Virus record (IMG/VR): IMGVR_UViG_3300043313_001040
Location: 1-64,000 of that record
Direction: 5' to 3' (one strand)
DNA: 64,000 nucleotides
DNA from: a virus
Shown here piece after piece: positions 55,146-62,615 of this stretch; positions within the stretch are counted from its first letter, which is position 1; the number at the start of each line of letters is the position of its first letter. Both the position numbers and the translations under genes were made by a program. The notes beneath the pieces were generated by a model. The model saw nothing but the letters and a program-made list of their open reading frames with translations. It made no database searches and had not been told where the DNA came from.

Positions 55146-55774
55146 GCCCATCGGAAGCTAAGGATAAGATTCGCCAGATCCAGCGCATCCTTGAAGTCAA
55201 AGATGATGGCGACTTTGGAGTCAACAGTAAGCTTGCGCTTTCCAATCTCGATAACATCAGTCGTCAGCTCCCTCAGCCATCAATCGTAACACCGCCACCA
55301 GGGTCTGGAGAGACGCCGGTTGATCCGCGAAGCGAGAAAGCCATCGCCACGTTGCATCCACGGGTCCAGCCAATCGCTCGTCAGTTCGTGAAGCTCACGG
55401 CCGCCAATGGCATCAAGGTTGAGATCACGTCGGGCACCAGGAGTTATGCCGAGCAGCAGGCGCTCTTTGACAAGCACGATGGAACGACCCGTGCTCCGGC
55501 TGGTTATTCGAACCACAACTTCGGTCTCGCCTTCGATGTCACGATGGATGCCGAACCGGACGACACCCTGCAGCCGGTCTGGGAATCACCGCTCTACAAG
55601 AAGCTTGGAGTGCTCGGCAAAAGCCTGGGGCTGACCTGGGGCGGCGACTGGCAAAGCATCGTGGACGAACCGCACTTTGAAGTGCGCCCTCCGTGGGCCA
55701 AAGATTTAAGCGAGACCTCAATGATCTCGGAGCTACGACGACGCCATGCCGCAGGAATCGACGCCTTCGCCTGA
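55142..55774 (+). CDS. endolysin, M15 (L-Ala-D-Glu-type) peptidase with N-terminal PG-binding-like segment
   Basis: SGTRSYAEQ..LF; SNHNFGLAFD; WGGDW...DEPHFE; IQRIL...DGDFG. Confidence 0.9.
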   Translation: MSPSEAKDKIRQIQRILEVKDDGDFGVNSKLALSNLDNISRQLPQPSIVTPPPGSGETPVDPRSEKAIATLHPRVQPIARQFVKLTAANGIKVEITSGTRSYAEQQALFDKHDGTTRAPAGYSNHNFGLAFDVTMDAEPDDTLQPVWESPLYKKLGVLGKSLGLTWGGDWQSIVDEPHFEVRPPWAKDLSETSMISELRRRHAAGIDAFA

Positions 55775-55955
55775 GCCAGTGCCTCAGGAACAGGAAAAGT
55801 TGCAGCGTGCTGCAAAACACGCCTGCGATCTCTGTGGTGAGCCAGCCCTGGTCCATCAGTTCGGTTGCCACTTCTGCCGGGAGTGCGCGGTGAACAACAT
55901 CTCAGTAACCGGTGGATAAGAAAATAAAATTAAAGTTCCCTCTGGCACGGCATGT

Positions 55956-56004
55956 GATTTGTCTTACAGCACCGATGGTGCAATTCTTATAAGTAAGACA
56001 AATC
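55956..56004. promoter_or_regulatory. 12-bp perfect inverted repeat (operator/promoter candidate)
   Basis: GATTTGTCTTAC-N25-GTAAGACAAATC with inner GCACC-GAT-GGTGC. Confidence 0.6.
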
Positions 56005-56076
56005 CTACACCGACCTAACGACTGGTTCATTGGGTCCGATTTGACGGCCTTTGATGTTTCTGAAAAGGTGTCGGTC

Positions 56077-56316
56077 ATGGCCAAACTCGCGCTCCCCAAG
56101 CTTCCAGAGCCACTGCCGGAGACTCTCACCGTCCGGTTCAAGAAGCCGCTAATGCGGGGGATTCTTACCTACACTATTTACTCGGACGTGACGTATAGCC
56201 GTCTCGTCCAGCGTGCCGTCGAGAAAGAGCTTGATCGACTGGCGCGAAAAGATCCCAAGCTCAAAGCCAAACTAGAAAGGGCAATGCAGAATGGAACTAA
56301 CGACAACACCGAGTAA
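56077..56316 (+). CDS. ribbon-helix-helix-like regulator
   Basis: TLTVRF beta plus YSRLVQRAVEKEL helix; first gene of the operon. Confidence 0.55.
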   Translation: MAKLALPKLPEPLPETLTVRFKKPLMRGILTYTIYSDVTYSRLVQRAVEKELDRLARKDPKLKAKLERAMQNGTNDNTE

Positions 56317-57103
56317 CCCCCAGGCAGTAGCAATCTATCAACGGATGCAAGACCCGCTCGACGCCATTACCAAGATGGGCGAGATGTTCGCGTCCAGCGG
56401 CATGTTCGGCTGCACCAAGCGCGAGCAGGGACAGGTGCTCGCACTCGCCTGTCTCGTTCAGGGTAAGGACCCGTTCGAGTTGATGCAGAATTATTACATC
56501 ATCAACGGCTCGCTCTCGATGAAGTCCGTTGCGGTCCTGGCCAACTTCATGAAGGCCGGTGGCAAAGTGAAATGGTTCTCGGCGCTCAATGATGCGAGAG
56601 AGGCCAAGGCTACTTTCTCCATCGGCGATAACACGCTGGAGGAAGCCGTCTACACCATCGACGATGCGAAGACCGAGGGTCTGATCAGTGGTCCCAACAA
56701 GAACAACTGGGCCGTGCGCCCGGCTGACATGCTCAGGGCCCGGCTGATCACCAAGGCTGTTCGCATGATTGCTCCCGGCATCATCATGGGCATGCAGGAA
56801 GAAACTGACGCTGGCAACCAGCCGCCAGTAGACCGCACGCCGCTGCGGGCAACTGTTGAAGAACCGAAGCCACAGGAGGAACCCGAGAAGACGCTTGAAG
56901 ACATCCTGGCGGAGAATGATGTCTCCGAGCAGGACGCTATCAATCTCTGCGTTGATCTGAAGTTTCTCGATCCGGGTGAAACCCTCCGCAATCTGACGCC
57001 TACGGTGCGCAAGCGCATCATGAAAAAGGTCCCAGAGTTCATCGAGAAGGTGAAAGCCTTCAACCAACCGGAGCTACCCGACAATGAATCCGCCGCAAGT
57101 TGA
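56291..57103 (+). CDS. single-strand annealing protein (RecT/Redbeta-like)
   Basis: YIING...; YTIDDAK..GL....NW...P.DMLRAR.ITKAVR...P. Confidence 0.75.
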   Translation: MELTTTPSNPQAVAIYQRMQDPLDAITKMGEMFASSGMFGCTKREQGQVLALACLVQGKDPFELMQNYYIINGSLSMKSVAVLANFMKAGGKVKWFSALNDAREAKATFSIGDNTLEEAVYTIDDAKTEGLISGPNKNNWAVRPADMLRARLITKAVRMIAPGIIMGMQEETDAGNQPPVDRTPLRATVEEPKPQEEPEKTLEDILAENDVSEQDAINLCVDLKFLDPGETLRNLTPTVRKRIMKKVPEFIEKVKAFNQPELPDNESAAS

Positions 57104-57132
57104 TGTCGAGGTAATCTACCGGCCTAACAAAC

Positions 57133-57357
57133 GTGAACGAAGACTTCAATTCATTGCCGACTCCCAACGAGCCGCCGCCGATATTGCCAAAAAGCGAAGC
57201 GCCCGAACCAAAGCCAACCGCGAGAAATATGCCAAGAAATCCAGATGATGAGGAACCCGTGAAAGGTTGCTTCATTCTTTGTCTGACCTGCCTGCTTCTC
57301 TCGCTCGGCGTCTGGAAGCTCGTCGAGTTGATAATAATTTTCTGCCACTGGGTTTAA
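57133..57357 (+). CDS. small TM protein
   Basis: C-terminal hydrophobic helix. Confidence 0.5.
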   Translation: MNEDFNSLPTPNEPPPILPKSEAPEPKPTARNMPRNPDDEEPVKGCFILCLTCLLLSLGVWKLVELIIIFCHWV

Positions 57358-57359
57358 CC

Positions 57360-58391
57360 ATGGCTGACCACCATTCCACCTTTGCACCGTCGTCTCTGCC
57401 GATGTTGGAGCAGTGTCCCTGCTTCGAACGGGCAGAGGACACTTCGTCGACCATTTATCGTGACCGAGGCGTAGAGTTACATCTGGCATTCGAACATCGG
57501 CTGCGCGGCTTCCCGCTCCCACCTGAGACTGTGCTTACCCCGTCCGAGAAGGAGCAGATCGAGTGGGCGGTCGATCACGTGCTTGTAAACATGTCGTCGG
57601 AATTCCCGCTGGAGATCGAGCAGAAGCTCGTCCTCCTGGATGATAACTTCAACGTTATCACCTTCGGGACCGGTGACGTATTAAATGGGCCACAGTTATT
57701 CGATCTGAAGACCGGAGATTACCACAACTACTGGCTGCAGGTTGCCTGCTACGCCCTCATGCAGATGGACCGTATCGAGGCTGATCGAGCCAAGGTCAAC
57801 CTTCTCTTTGTCCGGCATAAGAACGTTCATCAGATCGACGTTACCCGGGAAGAAGCAACCCGGCGCATCAATAAAGTCGTGGCTGCCGTGCTTGACCCGG
57901 ACAAGAAACCCCGGGCTAACCCTTACTGTCGCTGGTGCCGCAAGGTCATGACATGCGAAGCAGTCGTGCACCTTGTCAGTGGAGTCGAGGCTGAGCACTA
58001 CGAGATTCGCGACCCGGAAGCACTCTCCGCTGCGCTGATGGCTGCTAAGACCGTCAAGGAATGGGCCGAGCGCGTGGAGGCCTACGCCAAAGAGTCCGCG
58101 CTGGCCGGGATGGAGATTCCTTTCTTCTATCTCAAGAGTCGGGCCGGTGCCCGAGAGATCATGGACGTAAACAAAGCGTTCGCTCTCTCAGAGTTGCCTG
58201 CCGATTTGTTCCTAACCCTTTGCAACCTGCCGGTCGGTAAGCTGGAGGATGCGATTGCTCAGCATGAAGGAGTAAAGAAATCTGCTGCCAGCAAGATAGT
58301 TAACACACGGCTAAGTGAAGTGATCAAGCGGCGACCGCCGACCGTTCACCTGGCTCCAACCAAAAACGAAGACGAACCAACGGAAAAATAA
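57360..58391 (+). CDS. PD-(D/E)XK exonuclease (DUF2800/Cas4-like); start trimmed
   Basis: HSTFAPSS...CP; RG..LH; FGTGD...DLKTG...QVACYAL; YCRWC...C. Confidence 0.85.
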   Translation: MADHHSTFAPSSLPMLEQCPCFERAEDTSSTIYRDRGVELHLAFEHRLRGFPLPPETVLTPSEKEQIEWAVDHVLVNMSSEFPLEIEQKLVLLDDNFNVITFGTGDVLNGPQLFDLKTGDYHNYWLQVACYALMQMDRIEADRAKVNLLFVRHKNVHQIDVTREEATRRINKVVAAVLDPDKKPRANPYCRWCRKVMTCEAVVHLVSGVEAEHYEIRDPEALSAALMAAKTVKEWAERVEAYAKESALAGMEIPFFYLKSRAGAREIMDVNKAFALSELPADLFLTLCNLPVGKLEDAIAQHEGVKKSAASKIVNTRLSEVIKRRPPTVHLAPTKNEDEPTEK

Positions 58392-58392
58392 T

Positions 58393-58932
58393 ATGCCATC
58401 ATTCAAATACGACGATACCCCGCGCAAGCCTTACGAGGAACCGGGTGAATACCAGGTAAAGGTGGAGACTGCCGAATGGCAGACTGCACGCGGAAGCGGG
58501 AACACCATGATCAAGCTCCAGCTCAGGACGATTCCTGGCGGCGCGGTGGTGTTCGATAACCTCGTGTTCGTGGACAAAGCCTTCTGGAAGGTCAGCTCCG
58601 CGTTCGCTGCTTTCTTCCCGAGCAAGGGAATCAAGGCACCAGCCAAGGACGAGAACGTGGATTACGAAGAGCGTCAGGATTGGCTCGACGAGCACCTGGT
58701 CGGTGCGACCGGCTGGGCGCTGCTCTCAAAAGGCACCAGCACCAGCGGCAAGCTGCGGAACGAAGTGGAGGCTTACCTGTTGCCGAAGAAAGGCGACAAG
58801 CCGGTGTCAGGTCCAACAACTAAACCGACACCGGCCGTCGCCACTTCTGCTTCAGCAACAAAAACGAAAACCAAGGAAGCCCCGAAGTCGACCTTCCCGA
58901 AATCTGACGATGACGACGAAATCCCGTTCTAA
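58393..58932 (+). CDS. ssDNA-binding protein (DUF669-like)
   Basis: PGEYQVKV...SGNTMIKL; acidic tail DDDDEIPF. Confidence 0.8.
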   Translation: MPSFKYDDTPRKPYEEPGEYQVKVETAEWQTARGSGNTMIKLQLRTIPGGAVVFDNLVFVDKAFWKVSSAFAAFFPSKGIKAPAKDENVDYEERQDWLDEHLVGATGWALLSKGTSTSGKLRNEVEAYLLPKKGDKPVSGPTTKPTPAVATSASATKTKTKEAPKSTFPKSDDDDEIPF

Positions 58933-59083
58933 GCCTAACAAGCCGCCGTTTGAAGTAACCTACGTCGACAACCTACCGTTTGTTGTTCGTGATGGGTCAG
59001 TAGGTTTGGAGCCGACCACAACCGAGGTCGCGCTACTGTGGGAGATTCTCCAGTCTATCAAGCGGGTAACAAAGAGTGGCTGA
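58910..59083 (+). CDS. small hypothetical protein
   Basis: MTTKSRSKP... fills the gap and is coupled to the helicase. Confidence 0.45.
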   Translation: MTTKSRSKPNKPPFEVTYVDNLPFVVRDGSVGLEPTTTEVALLWEILQSIKRVTKSG

Positions 59084-60608
59084 ACTTCGACCATACCAAC
59101 GGGACGCCGCTAATGCGGTCTGGCGCGGGTTCAGGGAGCACCGCAAGCAGTTAGCGGTGCTCCCCACTGGCGCTGGCAAGACCATCATCTTCACAAAGAT
59201 GGTGGCCCACCCAGCATTACAACCTGCGCTCATCCTCGCGCACCGGGATGAGCTGGTGCAACAGGCGAGCGATAAGGTGAAGGACGCCTTAGGTAAGGTC
59301 CCCGGAATCGAGAAGGCCCATCGTAGCTGCCATGTCGAGAAACCGCCCATAGTGGTCGGGTCCGTGCAGTCGCTCAGCAATCTCGAACGGCTTGCCAGGT
59401 GGAACCCCGACCACTTCAAGTTCATAGTGGTAGACGAAGCGCACCACGCGCTCTCGAAAAGCTGGCAGACCGTCCTCGATCATTTCCCGAGCGCCAAGAT
59501 ACTTGGTGTCACCGCTACGCCCCATCGTGGTGATAAGAAAAACCTCGGCAAGTTCTTTGAGAACCTCGCCTACGAGATCAGCCTTCTTGACCTGGTGAAA
59601 GCTGGCTTTCTTTCGCCGATCAAGGTCAGGACGGTGCCGCTCAAGATCGACCTGACCCCGATCTCCAAGAAAGCTGGCGACTTCAGCGAGGCCGACAGTG
59701 GCGCACTCCTCGAACCGATGCTGGAGCTGATCGGCGAGGCTATCCGCGAATTCGCGGATGACCGCAAAAGTCTCATTTTCGTTCCCCTTCGTCAAACCTC
59801 CAGGAAGCTTTGCAGCGTGCTGCAGAAACTGGGCCTGGCCGCCGAGCACGTTGACGGCGACGACCCTGATAGAGCCAAGAAACTGAGGGACTTCAAAGAT
59901 GGGAAAATCACTCATTTGTGTAACGCCATGCTGCTCACGGAAGGCTACGACGAGCCATCCATTGAATGCGTCATACCACTTCGACCGACCGCCTCCCAAC
60001 CATTATACGCTCAGATGGTGGGACGTGGGACTCGGACTTTTCCGGGTAAAGATCACCTTCTGCTTCTCGATTTCCTTTGGCTCCACGAAAAGCACAGTCT
60101 CATACGGCCCGCCCATCTCGTCGCCGCCTCCGACGAAATAGCCAGGTTGATGACTGAGCCCATGACGGGCGAAGCCGAGAAGGGTCTCGTAGCTACGTTC
60201 GATCTTGCAGAGAATCACGACGCGGCCCTCCACGAACGCGAAGAATCGCTCCGTCGCGAGTTGGCAGCCAAGGCATCAAGGAAGTCGAAGCTGGTCGACG
60301 CCCTAGAATACTCGCTCGACATCGGCAGCGTGGCGCTCGCGGATTACGAACCTGTCATGCCGTGGGAAGGGGAGAAGCCGACTGAACGCCAACTCGAACT
60401 GCTATCGAAGTTCGGCCTCAAACCGGAATCCATCAAATCCCGAGGTCACGCCGCAAAGATCATGGTCACAATGTTCGATAGGTCGAAGATGAAGTTGGCC
60501 ACGGCGAAGCAGGTCTTTTGGTTAACTAAGTTCAGGCATCCCAGTCCGCATACTGCCAGCGAGAAGGAGGCAGCCGCGTTTCTGGACAAGAGGTTCAGAA
60601 AACGATGA
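59076..60608 (+). CDS. SF2 DEAD/DEAH-like helicase
   Basis: LRPYQ; PTGAGKT; DEAHH; TATP; LTEGYD; QMVGRGTR. Confidence 0.95.
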   Translation: MAELRPYQRDAANAVWRGFREHRKQLAVLPTGAGKTIIFTKMVAHPALQPALILAHRDELVQQASDKVKDALGKVPGIEKAHRSCHVEKPPIVVGSVQSLSNLERLARWNPDHFKFIVVDEAHHALSKSWQTVLDHFPSAKILGVTATPHRGDKKNLGKFFENLAYEISLLDLVKAGFLSPIKVRTVPLKIDLTPISKKAGDFSEADSGALLEPMLELIGEAIREFADDRKSLIFVPLRQTSRKLCSVLQKLGLAAEHVDGDDPDRAKKLRDFKDGKITHLCNAMLLTEGYDEPSIECVIPLRPTASQPLYAQMVGRGTRTFPGKDHLLLLDFLWLHEKHSLIRPAHLVAASDEIARLMTEPMTGEAEKGLVATFDLAENHDAALHEREESLRRELAAKASRKSKLVDALEYSLDIGSVALADYEPVMPWEGEKPTERQLELLSKFGLKPESIKSRGHAAKIMVTMFDRSKMKLATAKQVFWLTKFRHPSPHTASEKEAAAFLDKRFRKR

Positions 60609-60769
60609 TCTGCGCCAAACGCTCCTACCCCGATAAGAAGGCCGTGACCACCGCGATCAAAGTCATCGAACGTCGACGGAAGAACCGGCCGAAACAACTT
60701 CGCAGTTACTACTGCTTCCGGTGCCATGGCTGGCATCTGACGCATCAACCAGAAAGGGTTTTTCAATAA
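60605..60769 (+). CDS. 54-aa Zn-finger protein (not in ORF track)
   Basis: MICAKRSY...RSYYCFRCHGWHLT. Confidence 0.7.
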   Translation: MICAKRSYPDKKAVTTAIKVIERRRKNRPKQLRSYYCFRCHGWHLTHQPERVFQ

Positions 60770-61245
60770 TGAATTCTTACGCATCCGGCACATCCGTCTC
60801 GGTCGAGAAGACCAAGGGCGAGATCGAGGGCCTCGTTACTCGCGCTGGCGCTGATGCCTTCGCTTCCGCTTTCGCCAACGGCCAGGCCCAGCTCCAGTTC
60901 AAACTCAAAGAGCGCATCATTAGATTCCGGCTCCCGCTCCCCAAGCGCGATGATCCGCGTTTCATGAAGCGAAAGAAATACAATTACATGGTCAACAACA
61001 CCGACGAGCAGGCTTACCGGCTCTGGGAGCAGGCGTGCCGGGAGAAGTGGCGCGCCCTCTTCCTTTCGATCAAGGCCAAACTCTACTCCATCGAGAGCGG
61101 CATCGAGTCGTTCGACTCCGCGTTCATGGCCCAGGTTGTCATGCCCAACGGAAAGACGATGGAGGAACTCGCTGTCCCCATGATCGAACAGGCTTACGAG
61201 CGCGGCGCGATGCCCGATATGAACGTGCTGGCGTTGACATATTGA
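60769..61245 (+). CDS. conserved phage hypothetical protein (start trimmed)
   Basis: YA.GTSVSVEKTKGEIE; WRAL.L.IKAKL..IESGI..F. Confidence 0.75.
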   Translation: MNSYASGTSVSVEKTKGEIEGLVTRAGADAFASAFANGQAQLQFKLKERIIRFRLPLPKRDDPRFMKRKKYNYMVNNTDEQAYRLWEQACREKWRALFLSIKAKLYSIESGIESFDSAFMAQVVMPNGKTMEELAVPMIEQAYERGAMPDMNVLALTY

Positions 61246-61247
61246 CC

Positions 61248-61616
61248 ATGAATATGACACCAAATATGATCCCGGTCGCCGACTGGGTTCCTTGCGCCCA
61301 GGGTCTGCCTGAGCCGGGGAAGTTCGTCTGGATTGTCGTGGGTCGCATCGTCGGCGCTGGCCTGGCCCGCCGTTACGTCAAAGAGGTTCACATGGGCACT
61401 TGGGACTCCGAGAAAGAGTGCTTCAAGATCTACCCTTACCGGCTGCCCATGGTCTCCAATCAGGTCTGGGCATGGGCCCAGATGATTCCGCCCTCCGCGC
61501 CGCTTACGCGCTCGACAGAAGCCGTTCACCAGGGCGAAGAGTGGAAAGACGAGCCACAGCCACAGCCGGACGAGGAAGAGTTTGACGTTGACGACAGCTT
61601 TGATGAGGACGAGTAA
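61248..61616 (+). CDS. DUF551-like protein
   Basis: WVPCAQGLPE...V.AW...P..P. Confidence 0.6.
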   Translation: MNMTPNMIPVADWVPCAQGLPEPGKFVWIVVGRIVGAGLARRYVKEVHMGTWDSEKECFKIYPYRLPMVSNQVWAWAQMIPPSAPLTRSTEAVHQGEEWKDEPQPQPDEEEFDVDDSFDEDE

Positions 61617-61627
61617 CAACGCCGCCG

Positions 61628-61831
61628 ATGACCAACTGGACCCGGGAATTCATCGAAGGACGAGTCGTCTACGTGATTCACGCCGAGGCCGGGGACACTA
61701 TCGGCGCGGCTAACGCCGTTTTCCAGCTTCTCCCAACCCTCCTGACAGGCGAAGAAATTCGCATCAGGCCCGCTGTCAGGCCCCCGGAACCACCCGACCC
61801 CTTCACCGAGTTCCTGCCTCAAAGCTTATGA
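61628..61831 (+). CDS. hypothetical protein
   Basis: coupled small ORF. Confidence 0.55.
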   Translation: MTNWTREFIEGRVVYVIHAEAGDTIGAANAVFQLLPTLLTGEEIRIRPAVRPPEPPDPFTEFLPQSL

Positions 61832-62139
61832 TTGATCTGTTTTGGACGCTCGTCACCGAAGGGAAAGGCAAGGGCCTGTTTCTGAAGATGCCAGTTGAAG
61901 AGGGCGAGTCCATTTTCGGGACGCACCAAGTCGCTCTGTTCGCGCTGATCAACCATTCCTGCGAGCCTACCTGCAAATTACGAAAGTCAATGTATCTCCA
62001 TTGGGTCACGGCCAGGCATGATCTTGCGCCAATGACCGAGCTGACCATCGACTACAACCAGATCCCGTTTCCCTGCTACTTTCTCGAATTTGATTGCCGG
62101 TGCGGTTCACCAAACTGCCGAGGGCATATCAAGCTGTGA
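61828..62139 (+). CDS. minimal SET-domain protein with post-SET Zn motif (putative lysine methyltransferase)
   Basis: GKGKGLF....V..GE; INHSCEP; ELTIDY; CRCGSPNCRG. Confidence 0.85.
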   Translation: MIDLFWTLVTEGKGKGLFLKMPVEEGESIFGTHQVALFALINHSCEPTCKLRKSMYLHWVTARHDLAPMTELTIDYNQIPFPCYFLEFDCRCGSPNCRGHIKL

Positions 62140-62615
62140 GCGATGTCATAGAGTTCTTTGTCCCGGGCATTCCTAAGGCTCAGGGACGACCGCGCACGCG
62201 CGTCATCAGGCGAGGAAAAGCTGCCTGGGCCCAAATCTACAACCCGCATAACGCGGACGACTGGAAAGCTCGTATCCAGATCATTGCCCGCCCACACGCG
62301 CCGCGCGCGCCGATTCTTGGCCCCGTCAGGCTGTCGCTGACCTTCCTGCTCCCGCGACCTCAGACCCACTTTAAAAGGCGCGTGCTGCGCCCAGACGCCC
62401 CGCAGTGGCATGCAATCAAGCCGGACATGGATAACTTCGAGAAAGCTATCCTCGACGCGATCACGGTCGTTAAAATTTGGCACGACGATTCCCAGATCGC
62501 CGATAAGCGCACACGCAAAATTTACATACCCGAAGCAGACGATCCGCCAGGTTGCTTCGTGAGTCTGCAGGCAATCGAAACCGACCCACTTATTTCCGAG
62601 TTATGCCCACCTTAA
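62136..62615 (+). CDS. rusA: RusA Holliday junction resolvase (GTG start)
   Basis: PKAQGRPR; KPDMDNFEKAILDAI...WHDDSQI. Confidence 0.9.
   Translation: MSDVIEFFVPGIPKAQGRPRTRVIRRGKAAWAQIYNPHNADDWKARIQIIARPHAPRAPILGPVRLSLTFLLPRPQTHFKRRVLRPDAPQWHAIKPDMDNFEKAILDAITVVKIWHDDSQIADKRTRKIYIPEADDPPGCFVSLQAIETDPLISELCPP

Larger units (their letters stand above)
3252..59825. repeat. dispersed 16-bp palindrome TTGCAGC-NN-GCTGCAA, 11 copies
   Basis: starts at 3252, 10659, 15964, 23744, 27672, 31013, 35798, 41883, 50143, 55800, 59810 (last has one mismatch). Confidence 0.92.

Noticed and set aside
57360-58391. Cas4-like nuclease as a CRISPR component
   Set aside because: It sits between the annealing protein and SSB, the standard phage recombination context.
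3252-59825. Palindromic repeats as a CRISPR array or REP/terminators
   Set aside because: The copies are kilobases apart with no spacers, no cas operon and no U-tracts, and have only a 2-nt centre.
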